Shown here piece after piece: positions 40,269 to 50,144 of a stretch of 64,000 nucleotides of DNA; the stretch's first letter is position 1, and every line of letters begins with the position of its first letter. This stretch comes from an uncultured SAR86 cluster bacterium (GTDB lineage Bacteria; Pseudomonadota; Gammaproteobacteria; Magnimaribacterales; Magnimaribacteraceae): contig CACBUE010000002.1 of the NCBI GenBank assembly GCA_902542325.1, positions 57 to 64,056 of the forward strand, in the 5' to 3' direction. A program made the translations under genes and the position numbers. A model generated the notes under the pieces. That model worked only from the letters and a program-made list of their open reading frames with translations. It made no database searches and was not told the origin of the DNA.

Positions 40269-41482
40269 TAACTCAAACCTAAAACTAGTTTTGCCATTAT
40301 GTTTCTTTGTATTTCATTAGAACCAGCATAAATACTAGCCTTTCTATAATTAAAATATCTTGGTGCAGCAGTATTCGCGAATCTACTACCTATGGCAGGT
40401 TCATTATTTCCGATTTCAGGACCAGGATTATGAAATGGCACTCCATAATAACCAACCAGTTCTACTGCTAGTTCGGTTATAGCTTGGCCTATTTCGGTCC
40501 CTCTAGTTTTTAAAAGAGATGACTCAGGACCAACATTCTGGCCGGCTGATAGGCTCCCTAATATCCTTAGCTCAGTTGCTTCCATTGCATTAATTTGAAC
40601 TTCTAATTTAGCAATTTCTTCCATAAAACTTTGGTCATCAGATAACTTATGACCACCTACATCTTCTAGCTCCGCTTTTGCTCTTAGCTGTTGAAGCTGT
40701 TGGTAAAGCTCTGAGGAATAGCCATTACCTCTCTCAAACTCCAATAAATATTTTGCATAAGTCCATCCCTTACCCTCTTCGCCAATTAAGTTTTCTTTGG
40801 GTACTTTGACATCCTCAAAAAATACAGTATTCACTTCGTGATGTCCTATCGGAGTATTATCTAAAGTATTAATTGGTTGGACTTCGATTCCTTCAGAATG
40901 CATATCAATGAGCAAAAAAGAGATTCCTTTCTGTCTAATATCTTCCTGACTAGTTCTTACAAGACAAAAGATCATATCAGCATGTTGTGCCATTGTTGTC
41001 CAAGTTTTAGCTCCGTTAACAAGGTAGTGATCGCCTTTATCTTCAGCTTTAGTTTTTAGTGAAGCTAGATCCGAACCAGATCCAGGTTCTGAATAACCCT
41101 GACACCACCATACTTTTGAAGAAAGAATGTCCGGAAGGTATTTAGCTTTTTGTTCATCAGATCCAAAAGCCATGATAACTGGGGCGACCATTGAAATACC
41201 GAAAGCAGTAAAGCCGGGGGCTCTTGCAGCTGCCATCTCTTTACTGAACAAATATTTTTGTGAGGCTGTAAAAGAAGCACCTCCATATTCTTTAGGCCAA
41301 TTGACACCGGCCCACCCCTTTGAAAAAAGTGCTTGTTGCCATTGAACATGCTCTTCTTTGGTAACATGGCCATTGGGAGAGTTCATGAGTCTGTCTTTCA
41401 TGTCTTCAGGATAATTATCCTTAATCCAGTCTCTGACTTCCTTTTGAAAATCTAATTCTTCTTTTGTAAATTGTAAGTTCAT
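40268..41482 (-). CDS. Acyl-CoA dehydrogenase (PimC/FadE-like)
   Basis: WCQGYSEPGSGSDLASL, VFFEDVKVP, SIYAGSNEIQRNI. Confidence 0.92.
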   Translation of the reverse strand: MNLQFTKEELDFQKEVRDWIKDNYPEDMKDRLMNSPNGHVTKEEHVQWQQALFSKGWAGVNWPKEYGGASFTASQKYLFSKEMAAARAPGFTAFGISMVAPVIMAFGSDEQKAKYLPDILSSKVWWCQGYSEPGSGSDLASLKTKAEDKGDHYLVNGAKTWTTMAQHADMIFCLVRTSQEDIRQKGISFLLIDMHSEGIEVQPINTLDNTPIGHHEVNTVFFEDVKVPKENLIGEEGKGWTYAKYLLEFERGNGYSSELYQQLQQLRAKAELEDVGGHKLSDDQSFMEEIAKLEVQINAMEATELRILGSLSAGQNVGPESSLLKTRGTEIGQAITELAVELVGYYGVPFHNPGPEIGNNEPAIGSRFANTAAPRYFNYRKASIYAGSNEIQRNIMAKLVLGLS

Positions 41483-41536
41483 AAATACCTCCCCTCAATT
41501 ATAATTGAATTTCTCGTTAACAAAAATAGATTTACC

Positions 41537-42037
41537 TTGGAAAATGTTAGTGGATATTTAGATAGATTTTCAGAATTGACTGGAAAGATTTGTTCCTGGT
41601 TCGTTGCAATAATGGTTCTTATAACTTGTCTCGTCGTTGTTATGAGATATGGCTTGGATATGGGTTCTGTTTTCTTGCAAGATGTAGTTCTGTATCTTCA
41701 TGGCAGTCTATTTCTTCTTGGAGCTGCATTTGCCTTAAAAAGAGGAGCTCATGTCAGAGTAGACATCTTCTACAGAAATTTTAGTGAGTCTAAAAAAGCT
41801 CTTGTAGATTTACTTGGTAACATCATTTTCCTACAACCGGTTTGTTGGACAATACTATTGTATTCATGGGGTTACGTAGAATTTTCATGGAGAATTATGG
41901 AAGTTTCACCTGAACCAGATGGTCTTCCCTTTGTCTACATACAAAAATCTTTGCTCATAGCAGTTGCAGCCTTGCTCTCTCTTCAAAGTCTTTCTGAAAT
42001 CCTAAAATCATATCTAGTTATTAAGCATCATGGTTGA
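41537..42037 (+). CDS. TRAP transporter small permease (DctQ family)
   Basis: Four TMs; VVMRY and HVRVDIFY. Confidence 0.9.
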   Translation: MENVSGYLDRFSELTGKICSWFVAIMVLITCLVVVMRYGLDMGSVFLQDVVLYLHGSLFLLGAAFALKRGAHVRVDIFYRNFSESKKALVDLLGNIIFLQPVCWTILLYSWGYVEFSWRIMEVSPEPDGLPFVYIQKSLLIAVAALLSLQSLSEILKSYLVIKHHG

Positions 42038-43403
42038 ATTCATACCATTGCTAATGTTTGGTGTTATTTGCTTAGTTTTACTAGCAGGGTTTCCTGTGGC
42101 CTTTTCTTTAGCAGGAACTGCACTTATTTTTGCTGGACTAGGAGTAATAACAGGAACCTTTGAAAGTGCTTTCTTAGGGGCAATTCCAAATAGGCTTTAT
42201 GGAGATATGACAAATATGACTCTTGTGGCTATTCCTCTATTTGTTTTCATGGGTGTTCTGCTAGAAAAATCAAATCTAGCTCAAGATTTACTGAGTAATA
42301 TGGCAGAAGTCATTGGTGGATTTAGAGGTAGTCTTGCTATCTCGGTCATATTCGTTGGAGCCTTGATTGCAGCAAGTACAGGAATAGTTGGTGCCACAGT
42401 TATAGCGATGGGACTAATTTCTTTACCTATTATGTTGTCTAGAAACTATGATCCTAGTCTCTCTGCGGGAACTATCTGCGCCACAGGAACTCTGGGCCAA
42501 ATCATTCCACCTTCTATAGCATTAGTAATATTGGGAGACGTTCTTTCGGCTGCTTATCAACAATCTCAGTTGAGTATTGGTAATTTCTCTGCAAGAACTG
42601 TTTCCGTAGGTGATCTGTTTATGGGGGCAATCATTCCCGGCTTTATTCTGGTACTTTGTTACGCAATTTATGTAATCATCAGAGCTTATATTTCACCTAA
42701 GATGGCTCCATCACAAGAAGTAACGATAGTCTCGGGAAGGTGGAAAATATTACTAACATCTTTACTACCTCCATTTATCTTAATAACTTCTGTGTTGGGA
42801 TCTATTCTTTTAGGCATTGCTACTCCAACGGAAGCAGCTGGTGTTGGAGCTCTTGGAGCTATTTTACTTGCTGTCAGTAAAAGTAGTTTAACCAGGGCAA
42901 ACCTTACGGAAGCTGTTGAAACTACTACCGAAATAACTGCGATGGTTTTTATGATACTTTTAGGGTCTTCAATTTTCTCATTAGTATTTAGAGGATTTGG
43001 AGGAGATGATCTTATAACCGGTATCTTTACAGAATTACCGGGAGGAGCATTTGGTGCTGTATTGGTCGTTATGGTGATTATTTTTCTACTAGGTTTTATA
43101 TTAGATTTTATTCAAATTACACTAGTTGTAGTTCCTATTGTTGGGCCAGCATTATTAATGCTAGGAGTTGATCCCATTTGGCTAGGTATAATGATTGCCA
43201 TAAATCTTCAAACATCCTTTTTGACCCCGCCATTCGGTTTCGCTTTATTTTATTTAAGAGGTGTAGCACCAGATACTCTTGCAACACAGGATATATATAG
43301 GGGAGTTATCCCTTTTATTCTGATTCAGCTTGGAGTTTTAATAGCTCTAGCTATATTTCCGGACTTGGTAACAGCTCTACCACGAACAGTTTACGGAAAT
43401 TAG
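42030..43403 (+). CDS. TRAP transporter large permease (DctM family)
   Basis: AIPLFVFMG, GTLGQIIPPS, ATPTEAA, NLQTSFLTPPFGFALFYL. Confidence 0.93.
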   Translation: MVEFIPLLMFGVICLVLLAGFPVAFSLAGTALIFAGLGVITGTFESAFLGAIPNRLYGDMTNMTLVAIPLFVFMGVLLEKSNLAQDLLSNMAEVIGGFRGSLAISVIFVGALIAASTGIVGATVIAMGLISLPIMLSRNYDPSLSAGTICATGTLGQIIPPSIALVILGDVLSAAYQQSQLSIGNFSARTVSVGDLFMGAIIPGFILVLCYAIYVIIRAYISPKMAPSQEVTIVSGRWKILLTSLLPPFILITSVLGSILLGIATPTEAAGVGALGAILLAVSKSSLTRANLTEAVETTTEITAMVFMILLGSSIFSLVFRGFGGDDLITGIFTELPGGAFGAVLVVMVIIFLLGFILDFIQITLVVVPIVGPALLMLGVDPIWLGIMIAINLQTSFLTPPFGFALFYLRGVAPDTLATQDIYRGVIPFILIQLGVLIALAIFPDLVTALPRTVYGN

Positions 43404-43406
43404 TCT

Positions 43407-44357
43407 CTATACTAGATGAGCTATTCTATCGGCTCTATAGGATGAACGTACCATTGGTCCAGCAGCAACTTCCAGAAAACCAATCTCAATCGCAAGCTTT
43501 TTGAAATAATCGAATTCATCAGGCGTATACCACTTTTCAACTGGTAAGTGATTTATAGTAGGTCGCATATATTGACCAAGTGTGAGTACGTCTACTCCTG
43601 CTCTTTTTATATCTGCAAAAGCGACTAATATCTCTTCTTCAGTCTCACCAAGTCCAAACATTAAACTTGTTTTTGTAATAATTTCTGGAGATTTCAGCTT
43701 TGCGAAAGATAACACTTCTAGAGTTTGATCATATCCAGCCCTAGGATCACGTACACGTTTGGTCAATCTACTTACCGTTTCTAGATTTTGAGCAAATACT
43801 TCTAAATTGGAGTCTAAAAGTATTTCTATGGATTTCGTATTTCCTAAAAAATCTGGAACCAATGCTTCAATGATTACCTCTGGAGCCTTTTCTTTAATAG
43901 CTCGAATGGTATCGGAAAAGTGTCCAGCACCTCCGTCACTTAAGTCGTCTCTGTTAACAGAAGTTAAAACTGCATATTTTAAATCCATATAAGCAATTGA
44001 ATTAGCTACTTTTATAGGCTCATCTTTATCTAATTGCCCCTTGGGGTTTCCAGTGTCAACAGCACAAAATTTGCAAGCACGGGTACAAACAGAACCAAGC
44101 AACATAAAAGTTGCTGTGCCATGGCTCCAACATTCCTGGATGTTTGGGCACATTGCCTCTTCACAGACAGTATGGAGCTTCTTTTCGGAGACAATACTCT
44201 TTAGCTCTCTATATTTCTTTGAGTTTTGTGATTTTACTCTCAGCCATGTAGGCTTTCTTTCGATCGGAATCAACTTATTTGAATTGGGTTTTATGCCATT
44301 CTTTACAGCAACCACACCATTTTCTTTAATAGTTTTAGTAGGTATTAAGTTTTCCAT
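43407..44357 (-). CDS. lipA: Lipoyl synthase
   Basis: CEEAMCPNIQEC, CTRACKFC, RSSY. Confidence 0.97.
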   Translation of the reverse strand: MENLIPTKTIKENGVVAVKNGIKPNSNKLIPIERKPTWLRVKSQNSKKYRELKSIVSEKKLHTVCEEAMCPNIQECWSHGTATFMLLGSVCTRACKFCAVDTGNPKGQLDKDEPIKVANSIAYMDLKYAVLTSVNRDDLSDGGAGHFSDTIRAIKEKAPEVIIEALVPDFLGNTKSIEILLDSNLEVFAQNLETVSRLTKRVRDPRAGYDQTLEVLSFAKLKSPEIITKTSLMFGLGETEEEILVAFADIKRAGVDVLTLGQYMRPTINHLPVEKWYTPDEFDYFKKLAIEIGFLEVAAGPMVRSSYRADRIAHLV

Positions 44358-44971
44358 TATGCAGCCTCAGAATCATACTCTCTAAGTATGTTCACCAAGT
44401 CTTGTTTAATTGTCTCAATTGAGACTTCCGCTAGATCTTTAAGTTGCACGACCTCTAGGGAGTCAATTCCACAGGTAACTATTCCTTCAAAAGGTTTTAG
44501 GTCCATATCAATATTAAAACTTATGCCATGATAGCAATAACCTTTTTTTATCTTGAGGCCTATTGAAGCTATTTTTTTTCCTTGAACATAGATACCAGGA
44601 GCACCAATTTTTCTTTTTGCATTTATTCCGTATTTACTTAAGAGATCAATCATTACACCTTCAAGCTCACAAATTAATTTTTTTGGACCCCAGCCCAGCC
44701 TTCTTAAATTTAAGAGAAAGTAGATCATCAACTGTCCTGGACCGTGGTATGTTACCTGACCACCTCTATCTGTTCTTACTACAGGAATATTATTATTTTT
44801 AATAATATTTTTCTCTTCAGCAGCATGCCCGAGAGTATAAACAGGATAATGCTCTACAAACCACAACTCATCTGGTTCATTTCCTGACTTTCGATTTATT
44901 GTGTCCTGCATTCGCTTCCAAGTATCTTGATACTTTTCCAAACCTATATCTCTAACTTCTAAATTCTTCAA
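44357..44971 (-). CDS. lipB: Octanoyltransferase
   Basis: EHYPVYTLG, RGGQVTYHGPGQ, KIASIG, TCG. Confidence 0.96.
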   Translation of the reverse strand: MKNLEVRDIGLEKYQDTWKRMQDTINRKSGNEPDELWFVEHYPVYTLGHAAEEKNIIKNNNIPVVRTDRGGQVTYHGPGQLMIYFLLNLRRLGWGPKKLICELEGVMIDLLSKYGINAKRKIGAPGIYVQGKKIASIGLKIKKGYCYHGISFNIDMDLKPFEGIVTCGIDSLEVVQLKDLAEVSIETIKQDLVNILREYDSEAA

Positions 44972-46065
44972 TCCAATTCTCGTGTGTCTATGTATGCCTT
45001 CTCAGAAATCCTATGATAATTGATTACTTGTTCTTTGAACTCTGTATAAGATTTATATACCTTCTGCGCCATTGGATCATCTTTAATAAAATCTTCCATG
45101 ACTTCGTCAGTTATTTTCTTCAATTCTACGAGGACATTGTCTGGTAATTTTCTAAGATCAACATCATGCTTCTCAACAAGTTCTGTAAGAGCCTTATTAT
45201 TTCTTGCAGTGTATTCATCGAGCATTTCTTGATTAGCTGATTTAGCAGCATATTTAATTATGGCCTTTAAATCATCTGGTAAAGAATTATAAGCTTCTTT
45301 ATTTATTATAATTTCCATAGTTGAGCCTGGTTCATGCCATCCTGGGTAATAGTAATAATCAGCTACCTGATGGAAGCCGAAGGTCAAATCATTATATGGT
45401 CCAACCCACTCGGCAGCATCAACCACGCCTTGTTGCAAAGAAAGAAAAATTTCATTTCCCGGTAGAGTTACAGTTTCGGCACCTGCTCTAGTAAATACTT
45501 CACCGGCTAAACCGGGTATCCTCATCTTCAGACCCTCTAGGTCACTCAAAGAATTAATTTCTTTTTTAAACCAACCGGCCATCTGCACTCCAGAATTGCC
45601 TCCTGCTAATGGGATTAAATTAAAAGGCTCATAAGCTTCTTCCCAGAGTTCCATACCTCCTCCATAATGAAGCCAACCATTCATTTCTTGAGCGGTAAGT
45701 CCAAAGGGAACTGCTGTAAAAAATTGCGAAGATTTTACTTTTCCAGTCCAATAATAAGATGCTCCATGGCCAAGCTGAACGTTTCCTTGTGAAACGGCAT
45801 CAAAGACTCCTAAAGCTGGCACGAATTCTCCAGCTCCGTAAACTTTTATTTGCATCCTTCCGCAAGTCATTTCATTTACATATTTAGAAAAATTTTCTGG
45901 TCCCATGCCTAGCCCAGGAAAATTTTTAGGCCAAGTAGTTACCATGGTCCATTTATAATTCTTTGTTCCATTTGAAAAACATCCTTGATCTTCAACAATG
46001 GATTCTTCTGAGTTCGAACAAGAAACCAGAACAAAGAAAGTCCCTATAGCTAATAATCTTTTCAT
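44968..46065 (-). CDS. TRAP substrate-binding lipoprotein (DctP, TakP-like)
   Basis: Lipobox LVSC; WPKNFPGLG, GASYYWTGK, LKMRIPGL, EWVGPYND, YPGWHEPG. Confidence 0.9.
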   Translation of the reverse strand: MKRLLAIGTFFVLVSCSNSEESIVEDQGCFSNGTKNYKWTMVTTWPKNFPGLGMGPENFSKYVNEMTCGRMQIKVYGAGEFVPALGVFDAVSQGNVQLGHGASYYWTGKVKSSQFFTAVPFGLTAQEMNGWLHYGGGMELWEEAYEPFNLIPLAGGNSGVQMAGWFKKEINSLSDLEGLKMRIPGLAGEVFTRAGAETVTLPGNEIFLSLQQGVVDAAEWVGPYNDLTFGFHQVADYYYYPGWHEPGSTMEIIINKEAYNSLPDDLKAIIKYAAKSANQEMLDEYTARNNKALTELVEKHDVDLRKLPDNVLVELKKITDEVMEDFIKDDPMAQKVYKSYTEFKEQVINYHRISEKAYIDTRELD

Positions 46066-46080
46066 ATTAAGTGCCTTATT

Positions 46081-48246
46081 TTATATATTTTGCAGTTTAG
46101 CGTAAGCAACCATGAGCCATTTAGTTGTACTTGAATCAAAATTAACCTCTACTCTCGCATTGGCACCTTCGCCTTCGTAATTCAGAATCACGCCTTCTCC
46201 AAAAGCCTCATGAAGGACCCTTTGTCCTAATTTAAAGTTTGTATCCGGAACCTCTCCAGAAATTCTGCTTGAACTATTTTTTGAAGTTCTAGTAACATTG
46301 CCACCTGTACGAACCTCAACGGTTAGCTCATCAGGTATCTCTCTTAAAAACCTTGAGGCAGGATTAAAATTTTCCGAGCCATATAAATTTCTCATTTCTG
46401 CATGAGTAACAAATAACTTTTCCATAGACCTAGTCATACCTACATAGCAAAGTCTCCTCTCTTCCTGTAACTGATTTGGGTCTTCTATAGATAATTTATG
46501 TGGAAAGAGCCCTTCTTCAAATCCTGTTATGAAAACCAGAGGAAATTCTAGCCCTTTGGCAGAATGCAGTGTCATAAGTTGTATGGCAGACTCATGTTCT
46601 GAAGCTTGAGTCTCTCCAGCATCTAGGGCGGCGTGATCTATGAACATCTTTAAGGCACTCTCTTCTAGTTCATCAAAAGAATCAGGTTCAAAATCTCTGG
46701 CAGCACCTACTAACTCTGATAAGTTTTCAACTCTCGTCCTACCTTTTTCACCAGCTTCTTTCTTGTGATATTCGATAAGCCCACTTCTTTCAATGGCCAT
46801 ATCAACTATATCTCTGAGTTGTAAATCTCTTGTATCTGACTCAAGAGTATTGAAACTAGACATAAAACCTTGAATGGATTGAGCTGCTCTAGCTGTTAAG
46901 CCCTCGATGTCTATTAGTTCTTCACAAGCTTTCCATAGAGACATATTTTTTTCGGCTGCTTTAGCTCTAATTATATCTATGGTCTTAGCGCCTATGCCCC
47001 TTGGTGGAATATTGATAACCCTTTCAAAAGCTGCGTCATCTTCTCTACCGTATAAGAGTCTTAAATAACTCATAGCATTCTTGATTTCTGATCTTTCATA
47101 AAATCTCAAACCGCCATAAATCTTGTAGGGTAAAGATTCTCTTAAAATTGCCTCTTCAAGTACTCTGGATTGTGCATTGGATCTGTAAAGGATCGCAACT
47201 TCATCAAGACTTCTTCCTTGGTTTACCCAATTCTGTATGCTGCCGACAACATACCTAGCTTCATCATCTTCGTTGTAAGCTGAATATATAGAAATTGGCT
47301 CACCTTCTTTCTGATCAGTCCAAAGTTCCTTTCCCATTCTTCCTTGATTATTTTTAATGACTGCATTTGCAGCATTCAAAATAACTGAGGTTGACCTATA
47401 GTTTTGCTCTAGTCTAATTATTTCAGTATTTTTGTAATCAGTTGTAAATCTATTTATATTTTCACTTTTTGCACCTCTCCAACCATAGATTGATTGGTCA
47501 TCATCTCCTACAGACATAAAGCATGCGCCTCCATCAGCTAAAAGTCTCAAAAACTGATATTGGACTTCATTAGTATCTTGAAATTCATCTACTAATATAT
47601 GGCTAAACCTTCTTTGATAGTGCTTCAAGACCTCTTCATCACTTTTGAGTAATATATAAACTCTAAGCAGCAATTCTCCAAAATCTACTAAACTTTCTCT
47701 CTCGCATAGCTCTTCATAAACCTTATATACTTCGGCCATCTTTTCAGCGAAATAGTCATCTGCCACTTCGACATCTTTTGATCTCCTACATTCATCTTTT
47801 TGCTTATTTATAAACCATTGAATCTGCCGTGGAGGCCACTTGGTATCATCTAATCCCATTGACTTAACTACTCTCTTAATTACCCTGTATTGATCCTCTG
47901 AGTCCAGAATCGCAAATTCCTTTCTGAGACCAGCTTCCTCCCAATGAGTCCTTAATAATCGATGCGAGATTCCATGAAAAGTTCCACACCAAAAATTTCC
48001 CATCTCTTCTTGAACAATGTCTTCAATTCTTCCACGCATCTCTCTAGAAGCTTTATTGGTAAAAGTAACAGTTAAAATTGAATGAGGATTTATATTTTCA
48101 GCTTTAATAAGCCACGCTACTCGATGAGCGATAACTCTTGTTTTTCCTGAGCCTGCACCTGCAAGAACGAGTAAATTTTTAGATTCAGAGGTTACTGCAT
48201 TCCTTTGGGGTTCATTTAAACTTTCGAAGATTTCTGATACATCCAC
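46081..48246 (-). CDS. uvrD: DNA helicase II
   Basis: AGAGSGKT, VDEFQDTN, VGDDDQSIYGWRGA, TLHSAKGLEF, EERRLCYV. GTG 48246 (MDVS) preferred over ATG 48252. Confidence 0.95.
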   Translation of the reverse strand: MDVSEIFESLNEPQRNAVTSESKNLLVLAGAGSGKTRVIAHRVAWLIKAENINPHSILTVTFTNKASREMRGRIEDIVQEEMGNFWCGTFHGISHRLLRTHWEEAGLRKEFAILDSEDQYRVIKRVVKSMGLDDTKWPPRQIQWFINKQKDECRRSKDVEVADDYFAEKMAEVYKVYEELCERESLVDFGELLLRVYILLKSDEEVLKHYQRRFSHILVDEFQDTNEVQYQFLRLLADGGACFMSVGDDDQSIYGWRGAKSENINRFTTDYKNTEIIRLEQNYRSTSVILNAANAVIKNNQGRMGKELWTDQKEGEPISIYSAYNEDDEARYVVGSIQNWVNQGRSLDEVAILYRSNAQSRVLEEAILRESLPYKIYGGLRFYERSEIKNAMSYLRLLYGREDDAAFERVINIPPRGIGAKTIDIIRAKAAEKNMSLWKACEELIDIEGLTARAAQSIQGFMSSFNTLESDTRDLQLRDIVDMAIERSGLIEYHKKEAGEKGRTRVENLSELVGAARDFEPDSFDELEESALKMFIDHAALDAGETQASEHESAIQLMTLHSAKGLEFPLVFITGFEEGLFPHKLSIEDPNQLQEERRLCYVGMTRSMEKLFVTHAEMRNLYGSENFNPASRFLREIPDELTVEVRTGGNVTRTSKNSSSRISGEVPDTNFKLGQRVLHEAFGEGVILNYEGEGANARVEVNFDSSTTKWLMVAYAKLQNI

Positions 48247-48371
48247 CTGCATATTCTAACTAAGAATCGTTTTTCAATCTTGAGATATTCGGTCTAAATA
48301 AGAAAAAAATCGTTCCATTTAATTTTTTTAAAGCACCTATGAATATCATATTCTTTAGGTATCATTGACCT

Positions 48372-48785
48372 ATGGAAAATACAGAAAAATTCTTTGAAAC
48401 TTATTGTGATTTTGTAACAAAAGTAACCAGTGATCCGAGCTTAAAAATAGAAGACTTAAAAAAGTCTTTAGATAATATTCAGGATAATTCACCTATTGAC
48501 ACCCCTCGTTTACTTACTGCTGCTCTTGGTCTGGGAAGTGAGACAGGAGAATTTGTAGAAATAGTCAAAAAAATGATTCTACAAGGTAAGCCGGCCGATC
48601 AAGATAATATCTTTCATATGAAAAGAGAATTGGGAGATGTGATGTGGTATTGGGTTACAGCCTGTATGGCTCTAGAGCTTGATCCAGTCGAAGTGATTTC
48701 AGAAAATCAAAAGAAACTTGAGGCTCGGTATGGAGAACAGTTCACCATAAACCAGAGTGAAGTAAGAGCGAAGGGAGATTTATAG
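48372..48785 (+). CDS. Single-domain MazG-like NTP pyrophosphohydrolase, resembling marine myovirus MazG
   Basis: RLLTAALGLGSETGEFVEIVKK..QGKP, ELGDVMWY (EXXE...EXXD), KKLEARY, C-terminal GDL. Confidence 0.82.
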   Translation: MENTEKFFETYCDFVTKVTSDPSLKIEDLKKSLDNIQDNSPIDTPRLLTAALGLGSETGEFVEIVKKMILQGKPADQDNIFHMKRELGDVMWYWVTACMALELDPVEVISENQKKLEARYGEQFTINQSEVRAKGDL

Positions 48786-50036
48786 CTAGTAGATTCTTGA
48801 AACTGCTGTTTTTTCTGCTTCTGTAGGCTCTGCCCTTTTTAAATCCATAGATTTCCATACATCATCTAAAGCATTCAAAAAATGGTCTATATCACTAGCT
48901 TCGTGTCGAGGCGTGATGGTGACTCTAAACCTTTCATCACCTTTTGGAACGGTAGGATGGAAAACAGGTTGAATGTATATTCCGTGTTTTTCAATTAAAA
49001 GATTAGCCGCACCTTTACATAACCTAGGATCATATAAATGTATTGGGATAATGTGACTATCATTTTCAAGAAAAGGAATTTCAAGATCTCTCAAGCCCAA
49101 TCTTATTCGGTCTGAATTAAGTCTAATATTGTCCCTTAGATGTTCAGATTCCATTGCAATTTTGATACTAGTTATTGAAGCGGCAGCTATCGAAGGATTC
49201 ATAGAAGAAGTAAAAATAAATCCAGGAGCAAAGCTTCTAATATAGTCAATAATGTCAGAATTAGCTGCGACATAACCACCCATTTGACCAAATGATTTAG
49301 ACAAAGTGCCGTTGATAATATCTATATCTTCTTCGAGTCCTTTTTCAGCAGTAATGCCTCTACCTTCAGGTCCATAGAGTCCAACTGAGTGGACCTCATC
49401 TAGGTAAGTTAATGCATCATACTTCTTGGCAAGTTCAATAATCTTTTGAAGAGGAGAACGGAGACCTTCCATAGAATATAGAGATTCAAATACAATTATT
49501 TTTGGTGTATTTGCATTAGCTGTCTTTAAAAGTTCTTCCAAATGCTCAGTATCATTGTGCCTAAAGACATGACATTCAACATTCGCATTCTTTATACCTT
49601 GTATTAAAGAGGCGTGGTTAAGCTCATCAGAAAAGACTTCAACGCCCTCAAGATTTTTACAAAGTGTCCAAAGAGTGGACTGGTTGGCAGTGTAGGCTGA
49701 AGGAAAAAGTAATGCTGATTCTTTTCTATGCAGATCTGCTAAAAGTTGTTCAAGGTCAACATGGTATGTGGAAGTCCCAGATATATTTCGTGTTCCACCA
49801 GATCCTGTGCCTAGTTCGTTTATCACGTCCACGGATGTTTTGGTAACCTCTGGGTGTTGGCTAAGGTTCAGGTAGTCATTGCTGCACCAAACTTCAACTT
49901 CTCTTTCCTGTCCTTCGAATCTCTCAGTGGCTTTAGGAAAGCTAGATTTATTCCTATTTATAGCTCTAAACTTTCTGTAGAGGCCTTGAGATTTTAATGA
50001 TATAAGTTCGTCTGAGAAGAATTTTTTATAGTTCAT
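48786..50036 (-). CDS. hemA: 5-aminolevulinate synthase (Shemin/C4 pathway)
   Basis: [70 protein letters not shown]. Divergent from hemCBEFJ. Confidence 0.92.
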   Translation of the reverse strand: MNYKKFFSDELISLKSQGLYRKFRAINRNKSSFPKATERFEGQEREVEVWCSNDYLNLSQHPEVTKTSVDVINELGTGSGGTRNISGTSTYHVDLEQLLADLHRKESALLFPSAYTANQSTLWTLCKNLEGVEVFSDELNHASLIQGIKNANVECHVFRHNDTEHLEELLKTANANTPKIIVFESLYSMEGLRSPLQKIIELAKKYDALTYLDEVHSVGLYGPEGRGITAEKGLEEDIDIINGTLSKSFGQMGGYVAANSDIIDYIRSFAPGFIFTSSMNPSIAAASITSIKIAMESEHLRDNIRLNSDRIRLGLRDLEIPFLENDSHIIPIHLYDPRLCKGAANLLIEKHGIYIQPVFHPTVPKGDERFRVTITPRHEASDIDHFLNALDDVWKSMDLKRAEPTEAEKTAVSRIY

Positions 50037-50144
50037 GAATTAATTACTAAGAAAAGTTAATATAATTATGGTTGACGCGGATTGCATTGTAATTGAAATC
50101 TTTAGTGCGAAACTAATTAAGAATAATTCTCATTTAAACCTATT

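Noticed and set aside
48253-48371. LexA (SOS) box upstream of uvrD
   Set aside because: No CTGT-N8-ACAG found in the spacer.
48372-48785. Prophage remnant around the MazG-like gene
   Set aside because: No integrase, structural genes or att-like repeats; flanked tightly by uvrD and hemA.
48786-50036. BioF or 2-amino-3-ketobutyrate CoA ligase
   Set aside because: [16 protein letters not shown] and the hem-cluster context point to ALAS.
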